From IMG/VR virus record IMGVR_UViG_3300002026_000020: a stretch of 64,000 nt of DNA, one strand, 5' to 3'. Origin of the DNA: a virus. The notes under the pieces are model-generated. The model saw nothing but the letters and a program-made list of their open reading frames with translations, searched no databases and was not told where the DNA came from. Both the position numbers and the translations under genes were made by a program. Of this stretch, positions 19,512 to 29,522 are shown piece after piece (the stretch's first letter is position 1; each line of letters begins with the position of its first letter).

Positions 19512-20561
19512 ATGAGTAGTAAGTTCGGATCATTCAACAAAGACCAGTTTGAAGAGCTTCGCAAGAAGTTAGAAGCGTCGAAGAACGCTGGCAGTGTAAA
19601 GAAGGAAACAAAGACCTTCGATTACCGATTCAACCCAACCCTAACCAATGACGCTGGAAGAACGCTTTACAAGGTTCGTATACTTCCTCACGTTGCCGTA
19701 GATAACGGCTTGTCGGAGCCTTGGGTTCAGAATCTCGTTCACATATTCAAGCCAAGGGGCGCAGATAAGAACACTTATCAAGTTTGCCCAGCAACTCACG
19801 ATGAAAAGGCTAAGTGCCCTATCTGTGAGCATTCCAAGTTCTGGTTCGCTAAGAAGGATAAGACCTCCGAAGATATCGGTCGTGCCTTCTGGCGCAAGAA
19901 GCGTTATCACATGAATGTTCTCGTCAAGGAAGACCCTCGTAAGGGCGATGAGAACCAGACTGGTAAGGTTCTCGTGTGGGAAATCGGTTCCAAGATCATG
20001 GAACGTCTCAGTGAAGCACTTACCATGCACAAGATGTTCTTTTGGGATCCAAATGAAGGATTTGACTTCAATATCGTAGTCAAGAAGGTTGGCGGATATC
20101 CAAACTACGATTCGTCAGACTTCAGCAGAACAACTTCGCCAATCGCTGAATCTGAAGAAGAAGTCAACGTCATTTACGATCAGATTCGTGACTTGAACAA
20201 GTTGGTTCTCGGTCAGAAGCGCAAGTCGTATGATGAGTTGAAGGCTATTCTCGAAGGTCGTAAGACCGCTGGTGGAGCCGACCCTGAAGGTGAAGGTTCG
20301 CCCGAGACAGTGACTCGTGACAGTGAAGGTGTGACTGAAGTTGCCCGTGCCAATGACGCTGAACAGGTTGCCGTGGAGCCTGAAGCTGAAGTTGAGGAAA
20401 CTCCAGTAGCCAAGCCTGTTCCTGTGGCTAAACCAGTAGTAGCAAAGCCTGTAGCGGCTCCTAAGCCAGCAGCCAAGCCTGTCGCAAAGGCAGCCGCAGC
20501 TTCCGCTCCAGAAGGTGAGATTGACATCGACAAGATCAACTTCGATGAGGATCCGTTCTGA
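19512..20561 (+). CDS. 32: gp32 single-stranded DNA-binding protein
   Basis: VRILP, CP..CPIC zinc site, NVLVKEDP, GKVLVWE, GYPNYDSSDF; acidic tail ending DEDPF. Confidence 0.92.
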   Translation: MSSKFGSFNKDQFEELRKKLEASKNAGSVKKETKTFDYRFNPTLTNDAGRTLYKVRILPHVAVDNGLSEPWVQNLVHIFKPRGADKNTYQVCPATHDEKAKCPICEHSKFWFAKKDKTSEDIGRAFWRKKRYHMNVLVKEDPRKGDENQTGKVLVWEIGSKIMERLSEALTMHKMFFWDPNEGFDFNIVVKKVGGYPNYDSSDFSRTTSPIAESEEEVNVIYDQIRDLNKLVLGQKRKSYDELKAILEGRKTAGGADPEGEGSPETVTRDSEGVTEVARANDAEQVAVEPEAEVEETPVAKPVPVAKPVVAKPVAAPKPAAKPVAKAAAASAPEGEIDIDKINFDEDPF

Positions 20562-20590
20562 TAGTTTGATAAAGCCGAAGAAGTGGTATA

Positions 20591-20631
20591 ATGGTCGGTG
20601 TGGGGAAACCTCCACCGACCATTTTGTTTTT
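20591..20631 (+). terminator. Intrinsic terminator after gp32
   Basis: ATGGTCGGTG..CACCGACCAT hairpin followed by TTTGTTTTT. Confidence 0.7.
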
Positions 20632-20641
20632 AGGAGAAACC

Positions 20642-21661
20642 ATGAAACACTTAGTATTGACAGGCTGTGTAGGATTTATAGGAATAAACTTCCTTGAACA
20701 CCTTCTAACACGAAAGGATATACTGAGCAAGTATAAGAGTGTCATAAGCATTGATAAGAAGGGTTACGCTGCCGAATACAACACGGCTCATTATTTTGAT
20801 TTGGCTAAAAAGTTTGACGAAGGTCATGTAAAGTTTGTTGATATAGAGTCTGACATAAACTCTAAGGATTTTGTGTCAAGAAAGATAGCACACGAATCTG
20901 GCGATACGTTTGACATACTTGACTTCGCTTCCAGTTCACACGTTGACAACAGCATAAAAGACCCATATGCTCAATATTCACAAAACGCTAATCTTCCTGC
21001 TCACCTGTGTTCTAAGTTTGGGTTGGCTAATATAGAAAACTTCATTCACATAAGCACCGATGAAGTGTATGGCGACATAGATTATGAAGAAGCTAAACTC
21101 AAGAAGAACTGGTTCACCACAAAGACACCTTTCAACCCTGGAAACCCCTACTCAGCCTCGAAAGTGGCTCAAGACGCCTTCTTGATGAGCATGAAGCATA
21201 CCTTCGGGCTGAATGTCAGATTCATACGCATGGCTAACCAGTTTGGACCGTGGCAGCATGGCGAAAAGATGCTTCCGGCGTCGATTCTACGGGCTTTAGC
21301 TGGCGACCCTATCCGAGTGTATGGTGAGGGTAAAAACATCCGCCAATGGACTCCTGTTGTGGATACCGTGAAGATAATAGCCGATATCTTAGACCAGCCC
21401 ACAGCATATCCAACCGTAGCTCATATAGCCGCTCCGCAGATGCTTCAGTCTAATATGTATTGGGTTGAAGAGTGGCGCTCGGTTCTCCAGGCAAATGGTA
21501 TAGATAGCTCGCTGAAGTTTGTTGAGGATAGAAAGGGGCATGATAAGGTCTACGCCTTGAATGATTGTGTGAAGTGGGATGACTCGGCTCCTTCGATATC
21601 CAATAGGTTTGTAGAAACAATCAAGTGGTATATTGATAATAGAAAGGTTTATGGAGTATGA
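20642..21661 (+). CDS. rmlB: dTDP-glucose 4,6-dehydratase (RmlB-like)
   Basis: TGCVGFIG, SHVDNS, HISTDEVYG, YSASK, DRKGHD; start moved to ATG 20642 (AGGAG RBS). Confidence 0.9.
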   Translation: MKHLVLTGCVGFIGINFLEHLLTRKDILSKYKSVISIDKKGYAAEYNTAHYFDLAKKFDEGHVKFVDIESDINSKDFVSRKIAHESGDTFDILDFASSSHVDNSIKDPYAQYSQNANLPAHLCSKFGLANIENFIHISTDEVYGDIDYEEAKLKKNWFTTKTPFNPGNPYSASKVAQDAFLMSMKHTFGLNVRFIRMANQFGPWQHGEKMLPASILRALAGDPIRVYGEGKNIRQWTPVVDTVKIIADILDQPTAYPTVAHIAAPQMLQSNMYWVEEWRSVLQANGIDSSLKFVEDRKGHDKVYALNDCVKWDDSAPSISNRFVETIKWYIDNRKVYGV

Positions 21662-22041
21662 CGGATTGTTATACAAAAGACCTTGAATCTGACAATATAA
21701 AACTACGGGATGCTTTGGAATATAATAGAAAACTCTCCGACATTTGGGTTCCTAAGTGGATATATAAAATAAACGAAAAAAAGAGGAAAAATAAAGAATA
21801 TCTGGCATATGCGTGTTTAGCAGATGGAAGAGAAATTGTAAAGGTATTCTCTGAAAGAGGCAAGTTTACTGCTGAGAAAATAGATGGAAATTATGTAGTT
21901 CCAATATGTCACAAGAAAACAATTCAAGAGTGTGTAGAGTTTGTGGAGGAATACTATAAAAATTTAGAGTATCCGTATTCGTCATCATACAGAGAACAAG
22001 AAATACATTTTTACGAACCGACCGAAAATATATGCTTATAG
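21658..22041 (+). CDS. Hypothetical protein (AT-rich)
   Basis: ATGA overlap with rmlB. Confidence 0.5.
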   Translation: MTDCYTKDLESDNIKLRDALEYNRKLSDIWVPKWIYKINEKKRKNKEYLAYACLADGREIVKVFSERGKFTAEKIDGNYVVPICHKKTIQECVEFVEEYYKNLEYPYSSSYREQEIHFYEPTENICL

Positions 22042-22800
22042 AGGAACTTCCTTTATCGTCATTCCCCTGTAATGATTCCTTTTACCATATAGAACTCTTC
22101 TTAGACATCTATCAGACAAGTTATTATCTCTGCAATATTTTAGTATTCCGGTTATAACCTCTTCTCTACCGTCTTTATGCGTTATTATGTATGTCTTACG
22201 ACGGGTTGAGTTTATACTTCTTTTCAATCTTTGTTCGTCCGTAAGTTTTACACCAAACATGGGATTACGCTCGCCAAGCTTACAATCTCTTCTGGATAAA
22301 CTTATTTTATAACAATCACCACAAGTTTTTCCGTTTTTATACATTGGATTATTTTTACCAAGCTTTGACATTCTAATTTTCTCTCTAGCTTCAGAAGATA
22401 ATTTCCTCCCTCGGCTAGTTTCGGCAATTCTTTTCTTTGTTCCTTCAGAATGTGTTGATATGCCTCCTTCGGCGGCTCCCATACTATTCAATAACGGTCC
22501 CCGCCCCTCATTCTTTTTACCTATGGTATTCAGGTAATACCCTTCAAGAATATATGCTTCTTTAGACTCCATTTTCTCTCTTATTTTTATAACTATTGGC
22601 TTCCGCCCCTGCGAAAGAATACTCTTTATTCTCTGTGCTTTATCATCATTGATTTTTAGATATTTTGGAGCCATATGATTGTTTATTCTGTTTCCACTAC
22701 CTTTACCCACATAAAAAGGCTCAAACTCAAATACATCATCACCATATCTAAAAACACCGGGGGATAGAGGATCTAAGTATATGTAAACATAATATCGCAT
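22036..22800 (-). CDS. GIY-YIG-like homing endonuclease with NUMOD3-like repeats
   Basis: YYVYIYLDP..PFYVGKG..R; HSEGTKKRI, GKNNPMY, GERNPMFG; start at ATG 22800 after a late promoter and AGGAG. Confidence 0.8.
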   Translation of the reverse strand: MRYYVYIYLDPLSPGVFRYGDDVFEFEPFYVGKGSGNRINNHMAPKYLKINDDKAQRIKSILSQGRKPIVIKIREKMESKEAYILEGYYLNTIGKKNEGRGPLLNSMGAAEGGISTHSEGTKKRIAETSRGRKLSSEAREKIRMSKLGKNNPMYKNGKTCGDCYKISLSRRDCKLGERNPMFGVKLTDEQRLKRSINSTRRKTYIITHKDGREEVITGILKYCRDNNLSDRCLRRVLYGKRNHYRGMTIKEVPL

Positions 22801-22843
22801 AATAGAAACTCCTGCTATAATGTATTTATAATCGGAGGACCGC

Positions 22844-24199
22844 ATGTTCACAAAAACTATAGCATATGACGAATTAGAGTCATTTTTTGACGGAAAAGTA
22901 AAAATAAGAGCATTGAAGACTTATAGTGATAAGCGCGGTTATGTTTGTGAAACGTTTAGGCTTGATTCCGATATAACACATGACTCTAAGATGTGCTACA
23001 TAAGTGAAACCGCCCCATATGTTATACGAGGGTCACATCAACATGTATCCCAACGCGACGAGTTTATTTCTTGGAAGAACCATATGTGTTATATGTTTCA
23101 CAACTCAGCCACGGGTGAAGTTGCGCAATATATAACAGACCCTACCAAAATAATAAATGTTAGCGTTGAGCCTGGAATATCACACGCTTATAGAAATATT
23201 GATGATAAGCCAGCATCCACACTAAATTTCCCAACTTCTTTGTTTATGGGAGTTGACAAAAAAGGTGAAATAGATGAAATACGCCACGAGTCTAAGCTCA
23301 AAGATACCAAAGTATATGTTGTTCTTGGAGCGGGTGGAAGGCTTGGTAAGGCTGTTACAAAAGCTTTATTTGCTGGTATGGGGTTGGCTAACTACCAAGT
23401 TATCCCAATATATCACAAGTTCCCAAACTACGACACAGCCAATGTTCAGACATTCGTTGACCGCATTAAGGCTGCTGCCGCTCTGTCGGAATCTAAAGAT
23501 GTTGTTATTATCAACTGTGCCGGAATGGCTAATGTAGCCAAGGCAAACAAGAATGATAAGAGCCTTATCTGGATAAACGGAGACTTCCCACTCTACCTTG
23601 GAGAGCGTTGTTCCCGTGCTGATGTGAAGCTTATTCATTTCAGCAGTGACTATGTGTATCAGAAGGTAAAGGAACACAACGTTCGTGGAAAGATAGGCGA
23701 CTACACCAACAGCAAGCAGATTTATGAACAGTCTATTGAGAGTCTTGTAAAAGCTAATGGCAAGTCTCAGAGAAACACTGTCATCCTACGAGTAGCTAAC
23801 CTGTTCTCAGTAGATGCCAACGATAAGATAAACATACTGTATAAGTTGAATGAGAAGGTCAAGACAAATACAGCCATAGAACAAGACCCAAACATAAAGC
23901 TCGGACCAACCGATGTCAATGTTATTGCCAAGTGGCTTGTTGAAAACTTGGAGAACGGTGAAGTATTGAAGAACGAGACACTTGTGCCAAAGTTCTATAA
24001 CCTTGTGTCTGGTAGCGTCTATAACATTCCAACTCTTATTGAGAAGCACTTCAACGGCTATAACAACACCAAGAAAATCGAAAGCGACTTGGAATACTGG
24101 TTTGAAGAGTTTATGAATGATAAGACGGTGAATACCGTAACTCTTCCAGACTCGGAAGAATCAGTAAAAGCTTATCTTGACCTTATAAGAGGCAAGTAA
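22844..24199 (+). CDS. RmlC-RmlD fusion (3,5-epimerase + 4-reductase)
   Basis: N-half DKRGY..RGSH..HAY (cupin epimerase); C-half GAGGRLG, INCAG, HFSSDYVY, YTNSK. Confidence 0.85.
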   Translation: MFTKTIAYDELESFFDGKVKIRALKTYSDKRGYVCETFRLDSDITHDSKMCYISETAPYVIRGSHQHVSQRDEFISWKNHMCYMFHNSATGEVAQYITDPTKIINVSVEPGISHAYRNIDDKPASTLNFPTSLFMGVDKKGEIDEIRHESKLKDTKVYVVLGAGGRLGKAVTKALFAGMGLANYQVIPIYHKFPNYDTANVQTFVDRIKAAAALSESKDVVIINCAGMANVAKANKNDKSLIWINGDFPLYLGERCSRADVKLIHFSSDYVYQKVKEHNVRGKIGDYTNSKQIYEQSIESLVKANGKSQRNTVILRVANLFSVDANDKINILYKLNEKVKTNTAIEQDPNIKLGPTDVNVIAKWLVENLENGEVLKNETLVPKFYNLVSGSVYNIPTLIEKHFNGYNNTKKIESDLEYWFEEFMNDKTVNTVTLPDSEESVKAYLDLIRGK

Positions 24200-24260
24200 A
24201 ACCATAAGCTCTATTGAAGTATTCTCCGCCTCTGTAAAATAGAAGGCAGGAGAGAAATAC

Positions 24261-25007
24261 ATGCTTCAAGGAAAGTTCAACGAAGAGCAAGCGGCTGCGT
24301 TTCTTGCCCCGCTTGCCGATATTCTCAGAGTTGGTATTGATAAGATACTGCTTGAAATAAACTCAGATAAGACGCTGAACATCGGAACACAGACCTCAAA
24401 CGGGTCAAACTACGTCATTGTAAACTTCAATGATAAGTTGTTCACAGGGTTTGACACTCTATCCGAAAAGTTTCAGTTTGGCATCCATAACCTATCCGAG
24501 TTCTCTGGCATCATGCGTATCTTTGAGGATGGATTCTCCCTCAAGTTGACCGAAGAGATGGCTGCAATTGACAATGGAAGCAATAAGTTCCTGTATTATG
24601 GCTGTAACGCCAAAGATACCCTAAAAGCCCCAGGATCGAAGATAAACGGGCTTGCGTTCACCCCCGACGCTACCTTTACCTGGGATGTAAAGTTCAAGCA
24701 GTTCATGAACGCCATGAGTCTTCTCAAGCAAGAGCATATTATCTTTACAGGTGACGAAAAGTTGAAGACCGTAACTGTATCGGTAACAAATAAAGAGTTC
24801 AAGAGATACAACAACTTCAAGATTACCATTCCAGCCACAACCATAGCCAAAGACTTCCGCATCGTGGTCGATAAGGAGAAGCTACAGCCTGTCGTTCTGA
24901 GTAAGAACAACACCTTTGAGGTATCTCTTCTCGAAAAGGGTGTGGTCTTCATAAACAAGACCGACTACTACACCATCATGCACTCTGTAACTCCACTGGC
25001 GAGATAA
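24261..25007 (+). CDS. 45: gp45 sliding clamp
   Basis: FGIHNLSEF motif, size and position before the clamp loader. Confidence 0.75.
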   Translation: MLQGKFNEEQAAAFLAPLADILRVGIDKILLEINSDKTLNIGTQTSNGSNYVIVNFNDKLFTGFDTLSEKFQFGIHNLSEFSGIMRIFEDGFSLKLTEEMAAIDNGSNKFLYYGCNAKDTLKAPGSKINGLAFTPDATFTWDVKFKQFMNAMSLLKQEHIIFTGDEKLKTVTVSVTNKEFKRYNNFKITIPATTIAKDFRIVVDKEKLQPVVLSKNNTFEVSLLEKGVVFINKTDYYTIMHSVTPLAR

Positions 25008-25507
25008 TGGCTTCTCCACCGTTAGCAGGAACAAATGTTCAGAGTATATCGGGAAGTCTAAGCAACTTCCAGATAGGTTCTATTGTAGCTGCCAATCCGA
25101 GCATGTATACCATAACTGCAAACCCTGCGGTTGCTGGGATAAGCTTCGGAAAAACATTAGCATCAACCGTGAAGAATATGAGAACACACCTATTCAAAGT
25201 GGAAATAGGTGAGTATGATTCTACCATTGTTACTGCTATGATAAGATCCATAAACTTTCACGATAACGACATACACATAACGTTCTTATTGGATGATGAC
25301 GATACCATACGGCAAGCGTTTGCAGAATATCATAGCTTCCGTCTATCGTATCTTGACTCTTCTGGCACCCCTGTAGAAACATACGAGATAACATCAGACC
25401 CTTTACAGGAACTAAAAATCGTATTACCAAACGTCGGTCATGACCTCGGAGATATGCCCAATTGGAAAATCATCCTGAAGAACTATACTACATACAAAGT
25501 GACATGA
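25007..25507 (+). CDS. Hypothetical protein, weak tail-tube (gp19)-like motifs
   Basis: THLFKVEI..LSYLDSSGTPVETY. Confidence 0.4.
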   Translation: MASPPLAGTNVQSISGSLSNFQIGSIVAANPSMYTITANPAVAGISFGKTLASTVKNMRTHLFKVEIGEYDSTIVTAMIRSINFHDNDIHITFLLDDDDTIRQAFAEYHSFRLSYLDSSGTPVETYEITSDPLQELKIVLPNVGHDLGDMPNWKIILKNYTTYKVT

Positions 25508-25519
25508 GAGGAACCGTTT

Positions 25520-26422
25520 ATGCCTAAGATTCCGTGGATTGAGAAGTATCGCCCATCAACGCTTGAAGATGTCATCGGTGACGAAGACATGCTTGCCAAG
25601 TTCCGTGAATATATTGAAAAGAAAGACCCACCCCACCTTCTATTCGTTGGAAGTCCCGGCGTCGGCAAGACAACATGCGCTAAGATCATAGCCAGAGCCA
25701 TAACCCAGGAAGTCATGGTCATCAACTCGTCCGAAAAGCGTGGTATTGATACTTTGAGAAACGAAGTAGTCAACTTCTGCTCTACCATGACATTTGACGA
25801 GTCGGGTATCAAGGTCATCATACTTGATGAGTTTGATAACATGACCTACGATACTATGCAGGCTCTCCGTGGCATCATGGAAGAACATATGGAAACCGTA
25901 AGGTTCTTCTTGACTGGAAACCACGGTGGTAAGATTCCAGATGCTATTGAATCCCGCTGCCAGAAGTTTGACTTCAAGAACATATCCAAGAACGATGTAG
26001 CAAAGCGTTGTAAGTTCATTCTTGATAATGAGGGTGTTACATGTGTAAACTTCATTCGGGATGTCAAGTATATCATCAACCAATACTATCCAGACATTCG
26101 TTCTGTAGTAGGTGCGTTGTCTAAGTTCACTGTGGCTGGCACGTTCAAGGTGGATCCGTCAAAGTTGTCTTCAACCAATCACGATTTGCTGATACAATAC
26201 CTCAAGGAGAAAGACTGGAAGGCTATACGCTCGCAGGTTTGTGGAACGGATACATATGACTCTCTGTTCAAGATCATTTTTGACCGTGCAGAAGAGCTAT
26301 CACCTGAAAAGGCACCGTTCATCATGATACATGCCGCAGAAGGCATGAAGAACCAAGCGGATATGGCTGACCTTGAAGTAAACTTTATGGCTACGGTTCT
26401 AAAAATAATACAGGAGATGTAA
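25520..26422 (+). CDS. 44: gp44 clamp loader ATPase
   Basis: WIEKYRP, GSPGVGKT, ILDEFD, SRC. Confidence 0.95.
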   Translation: MPKIPWIEKYRPSTLEDVIGDEDMLAKFREYIEKKDPPHLLFVGSPGVGKTTCAKIIARAITQEVMVINSSEKRGIDTLRNEVVNFCSTMTFDESGIKVIILDEFDNMTYDTMQALRGIMEEHMETVRFFLTGNHGGKIPDAIESRCQKFDFKNISKNDVAKRCKFILDNEGVTCVNFIRDVKYIINQYYPDIRSVVGALSKFTVAGTFKVDPSKLSSTNHDLLIQYLKEKDWKAIRSQVCGTDTYDSLFKIIFDRAEELSPEKAPFIMIHAAEGMKNQADMADLEVNFMATVLKIIQEM

Positions 26423-27495
26423 TGGGTCTTCTTGGGTCATTCAAGAAGTTCTTTACACCAAAACAAGAGGCACCGAAGCAACCAGAGCCGCAATCGGTGG
26501 AGAGTCTTATTGGAGTTAGGTTTGGCGCACCGCAGGCTAAACCCGTCGTAACCATACAAAATATGGCTACCACTCCTGTAGAAACAAATAAGATAATAGA
26601 AAAACCAGTTTATAATAACATCAATCAAGGAGATTTCATGGGCGAAAAATATTTAGTGGTATTGGATACAACGAACCGTCCTGAAGTAAAGGATAGGGGT
26701 CTTCAAGGCGGCTTGAAGAACTTCTACTTCGTTTGTGCCACCACACCAGACCAAGCTCGTGAGTATGTATTGAGAACATTCGCAAGGTCGCCACAGATAC
26801 TTCAACAGGTTCAGTATTCTCTGACGGTCACGCCGTTATCCAGAATCGCCCCTCATATAAATGAACAGAACCCATTCTGGAGTTATATCCCATTCAACAA
26901 GGGTCAACGTGCGCCTGGACAGAGGTCTGCTCCACCCACACAGAATGTAAATCCTAACAACCCTGAAGAAGTCATTCCAATGAATCCTCGGGATATTCCA
27001 GCCCCATTGACTCCGGTTACGCAGGATGACACTCCGAAGATTTCCGATATTGACAAAGAAGCCCAGGCACGGGCAGCTAACCCAATGGCTGGATTCTCAC
27101 CAACGCTTCCTAACGGGCAGCCTAACCCAATGTTTGCCATGATGCAGATGATGATGGCAGCCATGCAGGCTGGGCAGGCTCCCGTAGCTGCTCCTGTGCC
27201 GCCACAGGCAGTTGTAACCCGCGGAAACCCTAATGATCCAGAACTTCAGGCTCGTATGGCTGAAGTTCGCTCAACTGCTGTAGCCCAGCATAGAAACCAC
27301 GATCCAACCGCTCTTGATGAGGGAATGGAAGCCGCTGAACATAGAGCCAACCAACAGGTTGAGAGATTCAAGACGCTTCCGAGAGAGCAGCAATCTGCTG
27401 CCGGTCTACAGAGAGTTGATATGAACGATGTGGGTGTTGATATGGATAAGATGACGGATATAATGAGAGCATCGACCATACCTCAGTCATCCTAA
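26422..27495 (+). CDS. Hypothetical protein with long P/Q/M/A-rich disordered tail (alternative start 26638)
   Basis: Long ORF; strong AAGGAG RBS before ATG 26638. Confidence 0.7.
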   Translation: MGLLGSFKKFFTPKQEAPKQPEPQSVESLIGVRFGAPQAKPVVTIQNMATTPVETNKIIEKPVYNNINQGDFMGEKYLVVLDTTNRPEVKDRGLQGGLKNFYFVCATTPDQAREYVLRTFARSPQILQQVQYSLTVTPLSRIAPHINEQNPFWSYIPFNKGQRAPGQRSAPPTQNVNPNNPEEVIPMNPRDIPAPLTPVTQDDTPKISDIDKEAQARAANPMAGFSPTLPNGQPNPMFAMMQMMMAAMQAGQAPVAAPVPPQAVVTRGNPNDPELQARMAEVRSTAVAQHRNHDPTALDEGMEAAEHRANQQVERFKTLPREQQSAAGLQRVDMNDVGVDMDKMTDIMRASTIPQSS

Positions 27496-27514
27496 TGCAA
27501 GGGTTTATGATTTT

Positions 27515-27955
27515 ATGAAGAAGCGTGAAGGAATAAAGAAAAAAGAGAAGTCAACAAAGGTATGGGATATCGTTGATGATATTCTTGTTGGAAAGACAGG
27601 AACCCTGTTGGATGATGCAACCTATGAGAAGGATTTCAATGCGTTCCTTATCATACGGTATATGTCTATGAATCCAGACCTCCTGCCATATTGCAACTAC
27701 TTGAATACTCTTCATGATATGAGAGGTCAGAAGTCAATAAGCAAGAAGCAGTTCTACCAGTTGATGATCAAGCTGATTCCAAAGGTGGAAAAGAGATTCC
27801 AATATATAAAGTCGGCAACTGCTGAGAACCCCGATTTAGATGCAATCATGAAATACTATGACTGCAACCGTCGTGAAGCTATCATGTATCTTGACGCCCA
27901 TGGTAAGAAGTGGTCAGAAGAGATTGCCGCCGAGTTCGGCGGAATTCGTAAATAA
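27515..27955 (+). CDS. 62: gp62 clamp loader small subunit
   Basis: FNAFLIIRYMSM..IMKYYDCNRREAIMYL; position before regA. Confidence 0.8.
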   Translation: MKKREGIKKKEKSTKVWDIVDDILVGKTGTLLDDATYEKDFNAFLIIRYMSMNPDLLPYCNYLNTLHDMRGQKSISKKQFYQLMIKLIPKVEKRFQYIKSATAENPDLDAIMKYYDCNRREAIMYLDAHGKKWSEEIAAEFGGIRK

Positions 27956-27966
27956 TAAGGAGCCAT

Positions 27967-28386
27967 ATGAATAATGAAGAAACTATCCTTGACCCCAACA
28001 CGATTGGGATAAAGGTAACACTGACCAAAGATTACGCTCTCGTGTGCGAAACACTTGAACGTATGGGGGTTGTAAATCATAAGGAAAAGATAATCTACCC
28101 ATCGTGCTATTGTCGTAAGGTAGAGTCAACCCCAGGAGTTTTTGAGTATACAGTATGTCACTTCAAGGAGATGTTTGCAACACAGGGAAAGCCATCAACC
28201 TTCAATAATGTTGACTCTCTTCGCAGATGCACCATATCATACCTCCTGCAAAAATGGGGTCTGATAGAAGTAACCAATCCAGACGATGTATCGAAGATCC
28301 TTGACGAGAAGATAGATGTTGTTCCACATAAGGATAAGCGACTATATAGAATCGTTCATAAGTTCAAGCAGCAAAGAACTGTTTGA
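27967..28386 (+). CDS. regA: RegA translational repressor
   Basis: ETLERMGV..SC..HFKEMF..RR..LLQKWGL..VPHKDK. Confidence 0.9.
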   Translation: MNNEETILDPNTIGIKVTLTKDYALVCETLERMGVVNHKEKIIYPSCYCRKVESTPGVFEYTVCHFKEMFATQGKPSTFNNVDSLRRCTISYLLQKWGLIEVTNPDDVSKILDEKIDVVPHKDKRLYRIVHKFKQQRTV

Positions 28387-28444
28387 CACTCTTCAACCCC
28401 CTTTCGGGGGTTGATTCGTTTGTATAGATAGGTATAATAGCCTT

Positions 28445-29491
28445 ATGAATAAGCCACCCGCATATGCGGTTCAAGCGATATTTTATAGAATCGTTCCAGA
28501 TTGTGAGGAAGTAAAGACTTCCAACATCGCACTCCACCGTGGCAGATGCCCATTGTGTTCTGACTATAAGAAGCGCATGTATCTGAAGGAGTGCCCCGAC
28601 CACTTCCATGTTTACTGTCATAACTGCGGATACTCGAATGGGTTTACAATATTTCTGAAAGATGAGTATCCAGAGTGTGTTGAAGAGTTGAAGGAATATG
28701 TCATCCAGTCGATTCGTGATGGTTCGTTCATGCAAAAGAAGAAGGCAGTTCCGCTTGTAGAAGACCTTCGTGACGAAATAGACATGAAGCTCCGTTGTTA
28801 TATTCAGGATAATGCATTCTCGTTGACCAAGAAGCAGAAGCACCAAGCAAAAGAGATGTGCAGAACCAGAGCTATAGAGTATCTGGAGTCACGAAGAGTT
28901 CGTGAGCATGATTGGTCTGACTACTATTTCTTCTTTGATGGTCAACTCAAGGGTTATATTGGAATACCGATGTGGGATGAGAAGAAGCAGGTTCTTCTAC
29001 ACGTTCAGGGAAGACTTCTCATACCTTCTAAGGCTGCTGAAATAAAGCAGGAGAAATATCTGTTCCTGAAGGATACATCGGCAAACATAGACAACATTCC
29101 TAAGCCAGTATACGGCATGTGGAAGGCGGATCCTACGAAGCCCGTGTATATGTCGGAAGGAACGTTGAGCGCCCTCGCATTTGGTAAGCAGGGCATGTCA
29201 ACATGTGGTGCTAACATTAGTAAGATATTCATAAACAGAGTCAAGAAGAAGTATGAGAGAATTATCTGGTCACTTGATAACTACTGGACCGATCCTACTG
29301 GTCAAAAGAAGACCAACACTCTTTTGGAGCTTGGTGAGACATGCTTCATATTCCCATCCGAAGTAACCTGCAAGGATACTAACGACCTCCTTGAGTATCT
29401 AAATGTTGATGAAATACCTACCGATTTCATAGAAAAGAACCTATATACGGGTAAGACTGGATATGCTAAACTACAATTGATGAAGAGATAA
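28445..29491 (+). CDS. 61: gp61 DNA primase
   Basis: CPLC..CHNCG zinc finger, QGR, TOPRIM EG, LDN, KDTND. Confidence 0.9.
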   Translation: MNKPPAYAVQAIFYRIVPDCEEVKTSNIALHRGRCPLCSDYKKRMYLKECPDHFHVYCHNCGYSNGFTIFLKDEYPECVEELKEYVIQSIRDGSFMQKKKAVPLVEDLRDEIDMKLRCYIQDNAFSLTKKQKHQAKEMCRTRAIEYLESRRVREHDWSDYYFFFDGQLKGYIGIPMWDEKKQVLLHVQGRLLIPSKAAEIKQEKYLFLKDTSANIDNIPKPVYGMWKADPTKPVYMSEGTLSALAFGKQGMSTCGANISKIFINRVKKKYERIIWSLDNYWTDPTGQKKTNTLLELGETCFIFPSEVTCKDTNDLLEYLNVDEIPTDFIEKNLYTGKTGYAKLQLMKR

Positions 29492-29522
29492 TATGATATA
29501 ATGCTCTAAGGAGATTGTATCT

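Noticed and set aside
20395-20510. Repeat-like DNA in gp32
   Set aside because: Simply encodes a PVAKP low-complexity linker.
20591-20641. ORF-track N-terminal extensions (rmlB 20591; also 22851, 32552, 33905, 36001, 38163, 44805, 50080)
   Set aside because: They overlap terminators, promoters or upstream genes; downstream ATGs have better RBS context.
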